From Candidatus Falkowbacteria bacterium RIFOXYC2_FULL_36_12 (GTDB lineage Bacteria > Patescibacteriota > Patescibacteriia > UBA11705), in assembly GCA_001778235.1 (NCBI GenBank), contig MFGJ01000008.1, positions 61,313 through 125,312 on the forward strand: 64,000 nt of DNA. The letters run 5' to 3'. Both the position numbers and the translations under genes were made by a program. Below, one piece after another: positions 1 through 10,482 of the stretch. A model generated the notes under the pieces. The model was given only the letters and a program-made list of their open reading frames with translations, ran no database searches and was not told where the DNA came from. Each line of letters begins with the position of its first letter. Within the stretch, counting starts at the first letter, position 1.

Positions 1-1804
1 CAATAACTTTACTGGCTTTTTCCTCTGGCAAAACCTCGGCAATAAAGTCATCTACCCCCAATTGTTTGGCAATACTTTGAGCATTTGTCATTTTATCTCC
101 AGTTAGCATAATTACTTTCTTACCAGTTTGCTGTAATTTTTTTACTGCTTCAACTGAATTCTCATGAATCTGGTCTTCAACCTGAATCGCACCAATAACT
201 CCATCAACATCATGAGCAATAAAAACAATCGTTCCACCCATAGATTGAAATTGATCCATCCAAGCGATTACCACACCTTGCTCTTCAATCAATTTTCTAT
301 TACCTAACATTACCCTCCTACTGTGTTCACACTTAGCAATCACACCGCGACCAGATAATTCCTTTATATCATGAAACTTAGTATTAATTTCAATTTGCTT
401 ATTTACAACATAATTATAAATTGATTTTGATACTGGATGTTCTGAATTCATCGCAATTGACCCAGCGATTTTTAATAACTTATCTTCTGTATATTTTTTT
501 GCCGGATTGGAATAAACTTTTTTTACCATTAAATCTCCTTTGGTTAATGTTCCTGTTTTATCAAATATAACTGTATCAACTTTGTATGCGATTTCTAGAC
601 TTTGAGAATTTTTAATGAGAACACCCGCTTCAGCCCCTCGTCCAGTCCCAACAATAATCGCAGTTGGAGTCGCCAAACCAAGTGCGCAAGGACAAGCAAT
701 CACCAGTACTGCCACAGCATTGATTAAACTTGTAGCCAATCCGATTTGCAAAACAAAAAACCAAACAACAAAAGTTATTACTGCAATCCCAATCACAACC
801 GGCACAAAAACACCAGAAACCTGATCAGCCAACTTTTGAATTGGTGCTTTTGATGATTGAGCTTGCTCAACTAATTTTATGATTTGTGATAGCACCGTTG
901 CTTCGCCTACTTGAGTAACCTTTACTTTTATTACCCCACTTTGATTCATTGTTGCACCAAAAACTTTATCCTTTACTTTTTTATCGACTGGAATACTCTC
1001 ACCCGTCAACATTGATTCATCTATCGATGTTTCTCCCTCAATAATAATTCCATCAAGTGGTATTTTTTCACCTGCTTTTACCAAAACAATATCATCCACC
1101 TTTACCTTTTCAATTTCCATTTCAACAATTTTATCTCCAGCAAATACTTTAGCTTTTTTTACACCTAATTCCATCAACTTTCTAATTGCATTAGAAGCAT
1201 TACCCTTACTTCTGGCTTCTAAATATTTACCTAATAATATCAGTGTTATGATAACCGCTGCTGTTTCAAAAAAAGCATCCCCACCAACAAACATAGAATA
1301 AATACTAAATAAAAAAGCGGCTAAAGTTCCGATTGAAATCAGACTGTCCATATTAGCGGAAACATGACGCAGTTGCATTATCATTCCCTTATGAAATTGC
1401 CAACCTATTACAATTACTACAACAAAGGTTAAAACTGCAATTATCCATTTCTCGATTTCAACATTGAGCCAATTCATACCAAATTCTGGCATAAAGAACA
1501 TTGTTGAAAGCACCGGAATTGTTAGAATAGCCGACCAAATAAATTTTCGTTTTATTGATTTGAGATTATCATCATGATGCATTGAATCTCCTGCTTCTAC
1601 TATTTTATAATTTCCCAAGCTCTCAACAATTCCTCTGATTTTTTCCATTTCAATTAAATTTTCATCAAATTCAAAATATGCTTTTTCATTAGCATAATTA
1701 ACTACAGCTTTTTTTATTGCTGACTCCTTTAATAATGCCTTCTCAATATTTAGGGCGCAAGAAGCACAATGCATACCCTGTATCTGAAATGTTTGTTTTT
1801 TCAT
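1..1804 (-). CDS. copA: Copper-translocating P1B-type ATPase (partial, runs off window start)
   Basis: Not in the ORF track because there is no stop in the window. Manual translation from ATG at 1804 gives [17 protein letters not shown] (HMA CxxC), ACPCALG (CPC) and FDKTGTLT (phosphorylation motif). Lies downstream of csoR. Confidence 0.93.
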   Translation of the reverse strand, partial: MKKQTFQIQGMHCASCALNIEKALLKESAIKKAVVNYANEKAYFEFDENLIEMEKIRGIVESLGNYKIVEAGDSMHHDDNLKSIKRKFIWSAILTIPVLSTMFFMPEFGMNWLNVEIEKWIIAVLTFVVVIVIGWQFHKGMIMQLRHVSANMDSLISIGTLAAFLFSIYSMFVGGDAFFETAAVIITLILLGKYLEARSKGNASNAIRKLMELGVKKAKVFAGDKIVEMEIEKVKVDDIVLVKAGEKIPLDGIIIEGETSIDESMLTGESIPVDKKVKDKVFGATMNQSGVIKVKVTQVGEATVLSQIIKLVEQAQSSKAPIQKLADQVSGVFVPVVIGIAVITFVVWFFVLQIGLATSLINAVAVLVIACPCALGLATPTAIIVGTGRGAEAGVLIKNSQSLEIAYKVDTVIFDKTGTLTKGDLMVKKVYSNPAKKYTEDKLLKIAGSIAMNSEHPVSKSIYNYVVNKQIEINTKFHDIKELSGRGVIAKCEHSRRVMLGNRKLIEEQGVVIAWMDQFQSMGGTIVFIAHDVDGVIGAIQVEDQIHENSVEAVKKLQQTGKKVIMLTGDKMTNAQSIAKQLGVDDFIAEVLPEEKASKVI

Positions 1805-1859
1805 AAATAAATTAATTACATTTTAATAACCTTTTCAACACTAATTATTTAGCTACCTT

Positions 1860-3191
1860 CTATTCAACAATAAACTTTCCTCTCACCATCCCCATCCAAC
1901 AGCTGAAATTAACCGTACCAGCCTTTGTCGCAGTAAATTTTATCAGATTTTCTCCAGCCTCCAATTTTTTGCGAAAGTTCATACTTGGAATTATTATTTC
2001 ACTGGTACAACCAGAAAGCCGTTTAGCATTAATCACCCATTCAACTGGCACATCTTTTTTAATCCTAAATACATTTGGACTAAAACCATTAAAATCAATC
2101 TCCATCTTTATTCTTTGAACATCTGAATTTGAAATTTGCACTTGACCTTCTGTTTTGGAATCAAACAAATTAAAATTTATTCCCGCGACAGCTAAACCAG
2201 TAGAAAGTGTATAAATTGCAAATAAAATTACCACCATCCCAATAACCTTTTCCAATACTTGAAATTTCATGTTCTTAAATCTAGTTGTAGCTACACCAAG
2301 ACCGAGTAATACCGGCATTGTTCCTAGTGCAAATAAAAACATCGTCACCCCTCCAATCCAAAAGCTTCCCGAACTTATTGCAAACAACTGCATACTTTGA
2401 GTAAAACCACACGGCAAGACAAAAGTTATACCACCCAAGATCATCGGCGCCCAAGGATGTTCAGAATTTTTTAATTGATTCCAAGTTTTGAAACTGGATT
2501 TTGGTAGATGAAAAATAGTAGTTAGTGATGGCACAATACCCAAGATGTTTAACCCGAGCCAAACTAAAATTACTGCAATAAACACGGTAAAAATAACCAT
2601 AAAATTAGTTGACAAGCTAACCCAACTGCCAACAATTCCTAAGATTCCTCCAAGAATAAAAAAAGTCAAAAGCCTACCAAAATGAAACAATAAATGTGGT
2701 TTTAAATTTCTTTGATAAAAAGAAGTTTCGTTGGTTTCATATTTTGCACCAAAACTCATAACTACGGCACCGACAATTGCTAAACATGTGGACATTGAAG
2801 CAATTACCCCAATTAACAATGCCATACCCATACCTATCTCACCATCAAGGCCATTAAATACTCCCAAAGTTGAAAAATAACGAAAGACGATTACCAACAA
2901 GGCAACAATCAGTATTGCCATTAACCACTTTTGCCATGTGACTTTTTTCTTTTCAATTTTTTTTATTTCATTCCATGAAGGCTCATAACCAAGTTCGCGG
3001 ATTTTACTGAATAGTTTGTCATTTTGTATTGGTGCTTGAAGCTGAAAAATTGCTCGATGCGATTTATGATCAACCTGCAAATTTTTGATTTGCTCAAATT
3101 CCTTTAAACTTTCAGAAATCAAATTTTCACAAGAAACACATGTCATGCCAGAAATATATAAAATTTTTTGTTTGTTTTTGCTCTTTGACAT
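1860..3191 (-). CDS. HMA domain + DsbD_2/TauE-like membrane domain + C-terminal cupredoxin-like domain protein
   Basis: GMTCVSC at N-terminus, multiple TM helices with STCLAIVG and LPCGFTQ, C-terminal FSCWMGM; sits between csoR and copA. Confidence 0.85.
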   Translation of the reverse strand: MSKSKNKQKILYISGMTCVSCENLISESLKEFEQIKNLQVDHKSHRAIFQLQAPIQNDKLFSKIRELGYEPSWNEIKKIEKKKVTWQKWLMAILIVALLVIVFRYFSTLGVFNGLDGEIGMGMALLIGVIASMSTCLAIVGAVVMSFGAKYETNETSFYQRNLKPHLLFHFGRLLTFFILGGILGIVGSWVSLSTNFMVIFTVFIAVILVWLGLNILGIVPSLTTIFHLPKSSFKTWNQLKNSEHPWAPMILGGITFVLPCGFTQSMQLFAISSGSFWIGGVTMFLFALGTMPVLLGLGVATTRFKNMKFQVLEKVIGMVVILFAIYTLSTGLAVAGINFNLFDSKTEGQVQISNSDVQRIKMEIDFNGFSPNVFRIKKDVPVEWVINAKRLSGCTSEIIIPSMNFRKKLEAGENLIKFTATKAGTVNFSCWMGMVRGKFIVE

Positions 3192-3193
3192 AA

Positions 3194-3475
3194 TTATTTA
3201 TTTGATAATTTTGTTAATTGTAAAATTTCGTCAGTCATTTGTTTTTTCTTGGTTTCTGATTTTGATTCCATGACTTTTTTGAAACATGAGTTCAGATGAC
3301 CTTCCAAGAGTTGTTGGTTGGCTGATTTCAGCAAACCAATTACAGCTAAATTTTGTTGCATAATTTCAACGCAATACTTGTCATCGTCCGTCATCTTAAG
3401 TACCTTGTTTAACTGTCCGACAGCTTTCTTGAAACTGACCGCTACTTGATGTTTGTAACATTTATGTTTTTCCAT
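3194..3475 (-). CDS. csoR: CsoR/RcnR-family metal-sensing repressor
   Basis: GQL..VLKM...YC..IMQQ..AV...L......LLEGHLNSC pattern (C-H-C ligands); first gene of the Cu operon. Confidence 0.88.
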   Translation of the reverse strand: MEKHKCYKHQVAVSFKKAVGQLNKVLKMTDDDKYCVEIMQQNLAVIGLLKSANQQLLEGHLNSCFKKVMESKSETKKKQMTDEILQLTKLSNK

Positions 3476-3519
3476 AATTTTTCAATTAATAAATAAAAAA
3501 AAATCACTTCACAATTCCC

Positions 3520-3572
3520 ATAACCCCCTCCATAGGTTTAGGTATTGTATATCTTCTATAAAAAACAAGCAA
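3520..3572 (-). promoter_or_regulatory. Sigma70 promoter (TTGCTT-17-TACAAT) with an adjacent C/G-tract pseudo-palindrome, putative CsoR operator
   Basis: -35 at 3567-3572, -10 at 3544-3549. TAACCCCCTCCATAGGTTTAGGTAT (3521-3545) resembles C/G-tract CsoR operators. Confidence 0.5.
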
Positions 3573-3599
3573 CTTTTTATCCACAAATATTTTTAAAAC

Positions 3600-3627
3600 A
3601 AAAACACACCATAACTGGTGTATTTTT
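3600..3627 (-). terminator. Hairpin + U-tract after tRNA-Tyr
   Basis: AAAAACACACCA-TAAC-TGGTGTATTTTT inverted repeat. Confidence 0.55.
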
Positions 3628-3713
3628 GGTGGGCCGGGGCGGATTCGAACCACCGAAGGCACAAGGCCAGCAGATTTACAGTCTGCCGCGTTTGACCGCT
3701 TCGCTACCGACCC
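3627..3713 (-). tRNA. tRNA-Tyr(GTA)
   Basis: GGGTCGG...GCAGA-CT-GTA-AA-TCTGC anticodon arm, long variable arm, GGTTCGAATCC T-arm, 3' CCA. Confidence 0.97.
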
Positions 3714-3771
3714 ATGATGGTAGCATTACTATCTTAATTAAATAACCCTACAATTTTGACTTTATCTTCTT

Positions 3772-3865
3772 CGCGTTTGACCGCGGAACCTGCCCTGAAC
3801 TAGTTTCAGGGCTACCGACCCATGATGGTAGCATTACTATCTTAATTAAATAACCCTACAATTTT
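3772..3865 (-). repeat. Direct duplicate of the tRNA-Tyr 5' part and upstream flank, interrupted by a palindromic micro-insertion
   Basis: 3811-3865 repeats 3703-3757 and 3772-3784 repeats 3687-3699; the intervening TTC is replaced by GGAACCTGCCCTGAACTAGTTTCAGG. Confidence 0.85.
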
Positions 3866-3874
3866 AATCTTCTA

Positions 3875-3950
3875 TGGAGCCGTCATCCAGGGTTGAACTG
3901 GAGACCTCAGCCTTACCATGGCTGCGCTCTACCAACTGAGCTATGACGGC
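3875..3950 (-). tRNA. tRNA-Thr(GGT)
   Basis: GCCGTCA TAGCTCAGTTGGTAGAGC, CAGCC-AT-GGT-AA-GGCTG; 3' end TCCA (discriminator U). Confidence 0.96.
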
Positions 3951-4053
3951 AGGCAGGTACCAACAAAGCTATGACGGCGGATTTACAATTACAGTATCTA
4001 TAAAACCAACTTTTACAAACATCTAAAAAACTAAACCAATCCTTTAGCCGTTT

Positions 4054-4908
4054 TTATAACTCCGCAATCTTAAGCTTAAAATCTTTCAACTTCTGATTTT
4101 CAGGATTTACTTTTTCCAATTTTTGCAGGTAATCTAGTGCCGCTAATTTACTGCGCATTATTATAGCACTTTCTATCAATAAATCAAGTATTCTAGGATC
4201 ATTGTTATTCAGGATAAAAGCTTTCTGAAAAAACTCAAAGGCGCGCCTCTCATCACCTTTTTCCTCCAATATTTCACCAACTTTTATATAATTTTCCTTT
4301 TGTTCTTCAGCATTATCAACAGTCTTTATTTTACCACCATAGCCATCATCTTTGGTAATGACATTTGCTTTCTTCTTCGATAATTTCAATACAAACATCG
4401 CCGTTTGCAATGCCTGATCATAATCCTTTTGTTCAAGATACAAATTTACCAAACCTTTGTAAGCTCTAATATTTTGCGCATCATAACCAATTACTTCAAT
4501 GAAACTTTTTTCAGCCTCCTGATAATCTGCTTTGTCAAAAAATTCTTCAGCTTTCTGGAGAAATGAATTAATTTTCTGTTCATCAACCTTGTCATCTGTT
4601 TTGCTTTTCTGGACTGATTCTTTTTGATATTTTTTTTCAAGGTCAGAAATCCGCTTAAACATTTTTCGGCCAAAATTATTTATTCTACCACCAGCAGGCT
4701 TAACTAATTGCTTTATGATTTTTTTACCACTTTCAGCCCTTCTCCTCATTCTTTCAATCAAAATCCTTTCTCGCACTTGTGCTTCTTTTTCTTCAGAAAT
4801 AGTTTCAACATCAATAGTTTTTATCTGATGATACCTCCTTGCAACTACAATTCCAATCCCTATCAAAAAAACCATAATTACGCCCAGAGCAATAAAATTA
4901 TATATCAT
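4054..4908 (-). CDS. Membrane-anchored tetratricopeptide repeat protein
   Basis: N-terminal TM followed by TPR-like helices (EAEKSFIEVI, AYKGLVNLY, KVNPEN). Start moved to MIYNF. Confidence 0.8.
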   Translation of the reverse strand: MIYNFIALGVIMVFLIGIGIVVARRYHQIKTIDVETISEEKEAQVRERILIERMRRRAESGKKIIKQLVKPAGGRINNFGRKMFKRISDLEKKYQKESVQKSKTDDKVDEQKINSFLQKAEEFFDKADYQEAEKSFIEVIGYDAQNIRAYKGLVNLYLEQKDYDQALQTAMFVLKLSKKKANVITKDDGYGGKIKTVDNAEEQKENYIKVGEILEEKGDERRAFEFFQKAFILNNNDPRILDLLIESAIIMRSKLAALDYLQKLEKVNPENQKLKDFKLKIAEL

Positions 4909-4960
4909 AAATATAACTAAATTATATAATGAAAGCATTATATCACACCCTAGCTATCTT

Positions 4961-5704
4961 TCAAGCCTCAACTATTTGCCTAAATTTGACAAAATCAACA
5001 CTTCCTCCACCAATTAAATAACCTGAAATTTGAGGTAATTGACTTAATTCTGCCATATTGGTGGCATTAATGCTACCACCATAAAGAAGTTTGACTTTTC
5101 GCTGGAAATATTCTTCAGAACACAGAGTTGTGATGGCTCTTTTTATAACACGATAGGCTTCCTCACATTCATCAGCTCGCAAAGTTGTGCCGGTTCCAAT
5201 CGCCCAAATTGGTTCATATGATATTAATAAATTATGCTGATTCAAATTCGGGATATCACTCAAAGCTTGTTTTATCTCCTGGACCAACATCGCGGCTGTA
5301 TTTCCTGATTTTCTTTCTTGCATTGTTTCCCCAATACACAAAATTGGAATCAATTTATTTTTCAAAGCAATCTTTATCTTCTGATTTATCAAACTCCCAT
5401 CTTCGTGCAAATACTGTCGCCTCTCTGAATGCCCAATAATCACATACTTACAACCCAATTTTTTCAAATCTTGCCCCATCACTTCTCCAGTATAAGCACC
5501 AAATTCCCAAGCCGAAATGTCCTGTGCTACCAGACTAATATTGCTTTTTTTCAAAATTCGACCAACCGCCTCGAGACTAACAAAACTTGGAGCCAAAGCA
5601 ATATCATATTTTCGACTCTTTAAATTTTTTACTTTTTTTGCAAATTCAATTGCCTGTTCATGAGTAATTCTCATTTTCCAATTTGCCACTAATATTTTTT
5701 TCAT
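4961..5704 (-). CDS. tpiA: Triosephosphate isomerase
   Basis: ANWKM, GAYTGEV, GHSERR, YEPIWAIGTG, LYGGS motifs. Confidence 0.98.
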   Translation of the reverse strand: MKKILVANWKMRITHEQAIEFAKKVKNLKSRKYDIALAPSFVSLEAVGRILKKSNISLVAQDISAWEFGAYTGEVMGQDLKKLGCKYVIIGHSERRQYLHEDGSLINQKIKIALKNKLIPILCIGETMQERKSGNTAAMLVQEIKQALSDIPNLNQHNLLISYEPIWAIGTGTTLRADECEEAYRVIKRAITTLCSEEYFQRKVKLLYGGSINATNMAELSQLPQISGYLIGGGSVDFVKFRQIVEA

Positions 5705-5707
5705 AGG

Positions 5708-6982
5708 TTACAAATTAAGTAACTTTTCAAAATATTTTTCATCTTTAAATGGTCCAATCAAGGCTAAACTTGTTTTTTCTTTGACAAAAATCTCCTTCGC
5801 CACTTTCTTTATGTCTGCAACCGTCACTAAATCAAATTTTTTGAATTTCTGTTCTGGAGTTAATATTTGATTTTGCAAAAGCTCTTGTTTGGCATACCAA
5901 TCCGCCTGACTGGCAGTATCTTCCAAAGCCAAAACAACCTTACCTCTCAAATATTCTTTGGCTTTTTTCAATTCATCAACCGTTACGCCGGTACTTTTTA
6001 TTCGTCTTAATTCATTAACAATAGTCTCAATCGCCAATCCAACACGATGCTTATCAAGCCCTGACTGAATCACCAAACAACCAGTATCTTGATAAATATT
6101 AGGGTAACAACGAACAAAATATGCCAAACCTCTTTTTTCTCGGACAGAGATAAACAATCTTGAACTCATATTTCCACCAAGAATTACACTAAGCAAATTC
6201 AAAGCATAAACTCGTGGATCAAAATAACCATAAGCTGGAAATCCCAGTGCTACCTGCACTTGTTCGGTTTTTTTATAAATAATTTTTATTCTAGTTTCTT
6301 TCTGATCAAAAACAAAATCTTTATAACCTACTTGTTTCACTCCTTTTATTTTCTTATCAGTAGTTTGAAAATATTTTTTTACTAACCGTTCAATTGAATT
6401 ATCAATTTTACCAGCAATACCTATTACAGTTTTTTCAGGAACATAATGTGTATTTTTATAATCAAACAATTTTTTTCTTGAAATTTCTCTAATCACCTTT
6501 TTGGGACCAGCAATTTCCGAACCAAGAGTTGAACCTTTGAACACTACCTGTTCCAAGATATCTTCAATGTACATCAGGGGATTGTCTTGATACATATTTA
6601 TTTCTTCCAAAATAACACCTCTTTCTTTGTTAATCTCACCAGCATCAAACTTTGAATTGTAAATCATATCAGACAAAATATCCAAAGCCTCTTCTAAATG
6701 CCTACTATCTATTTTTATATAATAACCTGTCCAATCCTTCGAGGTTGCAGCATTGTATTCTGCACCAAAAGAATCAAGTGCCTTTGAAATATCCAGAGAA
6801 TTTGGTCTCTTCTTTGTTCCTTTGAACATCAGATGTTCAACAAAATGTGAAGCTCCATTGATATCTTTATCTTCATAACGAGAACCAACTGCAAAAAGAA
6901 CAAAAATCGTCACCGACCTGACAGAAAGATCAGGTATGGTTACCAGTCTCAATCCATTTTCAAATTGTTTTTTTTCTATCAT
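5708..6982 (-). CDS. M16 (pitrilysin/insulinase) zinc peptidase
   Basis: HFVEH (HxxEH), NAATS, SSRLF..VREKRGLAY. Confidence 0.95.
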   Translation of the reverse strand: MIEKKQFENGLRLVTIPDLSVRSVTIFVLFAVGSRYEDKDINGASHFVEHLMFKGTKKRPNSLDISKALDSFGAEYNAATSKDWTGYYIKIDSRHLEEALDILSDMIYNSKFDAGEINKERGVILEEINMYQDNPLMYIEDILEQVVFKGSTLGSEIAGPKKVIREISRKKLFDYKNTHYVPEKTVIGIAGKIDNSIERLVKKYFQTTDKKIKGVKQVGYKDFVFDQKETRIKIIYKKTEQVQVALGFPAYGYFDPRVYALNLLSVILGGNMSSRLFISVREKRGLAYFVRCYPNIYQDTGCLVIQSGLDKHRVGLAIETIVNELRRIKSTGVTVDELKKAKEYLRGKVVLALEDTASQADWYAKQELLQNQILTPEQKFKKFDLVTVADIKKVAKEIFVKEKTSLALIGPFKDEKYFEKLLNL

Positions 6983-7066
6983 ATTTTGACTTATTTAATT
7001 TAATTATAACTTAATTATTTATCTTGAACAAATAAAAAATACTCGTGTGAGTGCCTTTTTTTAAAT

Positions 7067-8104
7067 TTAATACTTTTTTAAAAAATTGTCCAGTTTGCTA
7101 AATAATTTTTGATTCGTAAATTTCGGATATTTTTTTAGATTTTTTTCATAGACTTCTAAATTCTGCAAAAAATTATCTATTTCTGTCTGATTGAAATTTT
7201 CACTATAAGTTCCAACCCCGATTTTCTCCAAGTAAACAGCATTTATAGTTTGCTCAAACTGATTTGCCACAGGAATAGCAAAATACGGTTTTTTCAGGAA
7301 CAAAGCTTCACTAATAAAAGTAAAGCCTGAATTGGCAATTACTGCTTTTGACTGACTTAAATCTTTTACAAATCCCTTACGACTGAATTCTTTCAAAATC
7401 ACATTACCATATTTCCCATTTTTATTCATTCCGTAAACCACAAATTTATATTTTGTTAATTTCTGTAATTGTTCAACAAGCTGACCATATTCAGAAGTCA
7501 AATAAACTAACACAAAATCACCTTTTTTGGCAGTTAGTTTGCTCACATCTTCTTGTACAATCGGCGGGAATAAAAATGTTTTTTTATCTTTTATCTTTTC
7601 CTTGGCAATGGTTGTAATAAAATACGCATCTGCCTTTGGCGTCATCGCCAAAGTTATGGCTTTTACCGTCAAATAATCACGATAATACTTTTTTGGAAAT
7701 TTAATTTCGCAGTTTGTAATAAAATGATGATTTCCGATTGACAGCAACGGCAAAGCATTTAAATGAGCTAAAATCGAACTCATCGGTTCATAATCAGAAA
7801 TTACCACCTCTGGTTCAAACTTATTAAATATTTTTGAGACTTGACTGAAACTTTGTAAAATTTTTGGAAATTTTTTACTATCTTTGATAATAGTTGAAAG
7901 ATAATCCACTTTATTATTTTTATAGACTAACTGCAAACCAACAATTTCATCAACTCTGACAAATTTTTTCAAATACGGCAAAGCCTGACCATAAGTCAAA
8001 ACCCTAACTTCATGACCTACTTGTTTCAGATGATCAATTATTACTTTTGAACGCATAGCATGACCAAATCCCTGGCCAGCTACACCATAAATTATTTTTG
8101 CCAT
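7067..8104 (-). CDS. GT-B glycosyltransferase (MJ1255/VC2487-like)
   Basis: YGVAGQGFGHAMRS, ISDYEP, NSGFTFISEAL, QFEQ..NA. Start set at MAKII. Confidence 0.85.
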   Translation of the reverse strand: MAKIIYGVAGQGFGHAMRSKVIIDHLKQVGHEVRVLTYGQALPYLKKFVRVDEIVGLQLVYKNNKVDYLSTIIKDSKKFPKILQSFSQVSKIFNKFEPEVVISDYEPMSSILAHLNALPLLSIGNHHFITNCEIKFPKKYYRDYLTVKAITLAMTPKADAYFITTIAKEKIKDKKTFLFPPIVQEDVSKLTAKKGDFVLVYLTSEYGQLVEQLQKLTKYKFVVYGMNKNGKYGNVILKEFSRKGFVKDLSQSKAVIANSGFTFISEALFLKKPYFAIPVANQFEQTINAVYLEKIGVGTYSENFNQTEIDNFLQNLEVYEKNLKKYPKFTNQKLFSKLDNFLKKY

Positions 8105-8105
8105 A

Positions 8106-9137
8106 TTATAAATTCTGCATATTTGGATTAGCAATATATGCCTGCATAAAATCCCAAATTTCACTATCATTTTTTGTTTGTTTCAACCAATACCACCATT
8201 CAACACCCCAAAGATAAATTCCCGAAAAACCAGTCTTTCTGGCAAATTTAATATTACTCTCAATCTGATTTTTATCCATTTGTTCCTTCATTTTATCATA
8301 TGTAATATCCAGATTGTAGCCATCAGGCACCCATGGTTCAGCTTGTAATTCTGCTACTATTACATTTTCCAGTGCTAATCCGTTTATACCAGCTTTTATT
8401 CGATAAAATGATGCCGGAAGCATATATTTTGAAAAACCCAACAACTCACTATAAACACTTCTATACATAGTATGACCAAATTTATCACCAAGATTGCCTG
8501 TTTTAAACCATGAGCTCAATTCTCCGCTATCGGTTATCAAAATCGGTCGATCATCCAAAGTTTTTACCAAAGCTATTTCTTTTTTTACTTGGGATAAACT
8601 AAATTCAGGACATTCACCAAATTCTGTCAAAAATGGTTCATTCTCAACCTGCCACATTTTTATATTATCTTTAACCTTGAAATGTTCAACAACCGTCTGA
8701 ATCATTTTCAATTGTTCAATTTCTATTTTTTCTGCTGGCAAAGGACTAAGCCAAACAGGATCATGGCATTCTGGCCACCTCGGCACTCTTCGACCAACAA
8801 CCAAAATAACTTTTACATTCCTTTGTGCTGCTTGGTCTATCATCCAATCAAGATGATTAAAATTAAATTGATTAAATTCTGGTTCAACTTCATTCCATTG
8901 GGCAATCAGTCTAATATTTTCAACTTTTAAATCATCAATAATAGCCAAATAAGTTTTTTGCCAATCCAAACCTAAACTTTCGGCGTAAGCTTTACTAAAT
9001 GTCACACCAATCTCTGGATTTTTACCTTTACCAAAATCTTTGAAATAAACCAACATGCAAAAAGTCACAAGCTCAACTATTATTAAAAGTAATAGAAAAA
9101 AAATGATTTTTCCACGATGACTTTGGTGAACCTTCAT
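8106..9137 (-). CDS. Membrane-anchored clan GH-A glycoside hydrolase (GH5/GH42-like)
   Basis: N-terminal TM, WQVENEP (acid/base NE), ELQAEPW, YLWGVEWW. Confidence 0.8.
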   Translation of the reverse strand: MKVHQSHRGKIIFFLLLLIIVELVTFCMLVYFKDFGKGKNPEIGVTFSKAYAESLGLDWQKTYLAIIDDLKVENIRLIAQWNEVEPEFNQFNFNHLDWMIDQAAQRNVKVILVVGRRVPRWPECHDPVWLSPLPAEKIEIEQLKMIQTVVEHFKVKDNIKMWQVENEPFLTEFGECPEFSLSQVKKEIALVKTLDDRPILITDSGELSSWFKTGNLGDKFGHTMYRSVYSELLGFSKYMLPASFYRIKAGINGLALENVIVAELQAEPWVPDGYNLDITYDKMKEQMDKNQIESNIKFARKTGFSGIYLWGVEWWYWLKQTKNDSEIWDFMQAYIANPNMQNL

Positions 9138-10030
9138 AAACTTGATGCTAAAATTGCAATTCCACTAATTATTAAAATGATCCCGGCCGATTTTTGGATT
9201 AATTCCAATCCTTCAATTTTTTCTTTGACCAATCTTGGGAACAATCTACCCCCAATTATTACTAAACCAACCAGTAAAACATACTGCGATCCTTGCAGAG
9301 CATTGGCCAAGGTAACACTACCCAGACTAAATGCATAATTTAATAAAACAAAAGCTAAAGCCGCCAAAACCATAGTGCCAGCAAAAGCGAAAAATTTTCC
9401 CCAAGAAAGCTTTTTGAAAAGTTTTACAATATCATTACGAGCGTCAAAATCGAAAATCAAGACAATAGCTGCCAGCAGTGAACCAGCTCTCATCCAGATA
9501 AAAGCACTCCAAAAATCCTGAATCTCAAAAGCATATTTTGTCAGAAAATATGAAAAAGCAAACAATAACCCAGCCCAAACAGTCGTCATAAACGCCTTGG
9601 CAGTAAACTTTTTTTGATCTTTTGCCATTGTAATAACAACCGTTCCCAAAACCAAAAGTAAAAAAGCAACAGTTTCCGTCAACCCCAATCTTTCATGCAA
9701 AAAAACAAAGGCCAAAATCAGAGTCACAATCGGTATGGTCGCACCTGAAATCGGAACAACAGTTGAGGCATCAAATTTTTTCAACACTAAATACAAATAA
9801 TATAAAGCAAAAATAAAACTTGCGCCTGCTAAAATATTTATAAAAAATTCAAAACAACTTGGCACCTGGAGCAACCATGGAGCAACTATAAAAGCCAAGG
9901 CTCCAAGACCGCCAATTAAAATCGCAAAAACTTTTTCATTTGAAATAAGTTTTTCCAAAATAACTTTAGTTAAAATAAAAACTAAAGCATTTAAACAATG
10001 AGCCACCAGAACAATTAATAACCAAATCAT
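9134..10030 (-). CDS. EamA/DMT family transporter
   Basis: Ten TM helices in two repeats; FLHERL and VKEKI motifs. Confidence 0.85.
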   Translation of the reverse strand: MIWLLIVLVAHCLNALVFILTKVILEKLISNEKVFAILIGGLGALAFIVAPWLLQVPSCFEFFINILAGASFIFALYYLYLVLKKFDASTVVPISGATIPIVTLILAFVFLHERLGLTETVAFLLLVLGTVVITMAKDQKKFTAKAFMTTVWAGLLFAFSYFLTKYAFEIQDFWSAFIWMRAGSLLAAIVLIFDFDARNDIVKLFKKLSWGKFFAFAGTMVLAALAFVLLNYAFSLGSVTLANALQGSQYVLLVGLVIIGGRLFPRLVKEKIEGLELIQKSAGIILIISGIAILASSL

Positions 10031-10031
10031 A

Positions 10032-10481
10032 TTATACAGCTATTGGCATGCGATCATGCCCAGTAAAATTAATAAATTTTTGATCAGCCTTTTCTGTCAA
10101 GACATACACTCTAGATATATTATGAAACCGTACCCTCAAACCCCAAATACCCTTTGGCGTCTTAAACCATTTATTTTTTTCATATCCCATCTCGCATGGA
10201 ATAATCACTTTTTTTGGTGCCAACCAATCCCATTTACCATCTCGCACCGATTCAATTCTTGCCCAACCAGTTTTCGGTAATTTCAACTCTCGCTCTCGAC
10301 TACCCCAGTCATACAATTTGACCACAGCATCTTCTTTTACTGGCACAAAAGGTTTCCTATCCCAATAAAACACCTCCACTAAACTACCCTTTAAATGCTT
10401 GTCCAATTCTACAGGAGTAAAAAATCTTTTCAGCTCTGATTTATCAATTGATTCAATGGAAAATGACATGCCCGCACACAT
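10032..10481 (-). CDS. SRAP/YedK-like (abasic-site processing) protein, divergent
   Basis: Likely start MCAG (N-terminal Cys); WG, ARIES (for NARxE) and C-terminal HDRMP. The ORF-track start overlaps the upstream gene. Confidence 0.65.
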   Translation of the reverse strand: MCAGMSFSIESIDKSELKRFFTPVELDKHLKGSLVEVFYWDRKPFVPVKEDAVVKLYDWGSRERELKLPKTGWARIESVRDGKWDWLAPKKVIIPCEMGYEKNKWFKTPKGIWGLRVRFHNISRVYVLTEKADQKFINFTGHDRMPIAV

Positions 10482-10482
10482 A

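Noticed and set aside
615-824. Plus-strand ORF and many other short antisense ORFs in the track
   Set aside because: Shadow frames opposite well-supported genes such as copA, rfbA, dnaE and the 55367 ORF.
3951-4053. Cognate-codon leader peptides upstream of tRNA-Thr/Tyr or tRNA-Gln
   Set aside because: I looked for analogues of the Asn leader and found no Thr-, Tyr- or Gln-rich ORF with a terminator.
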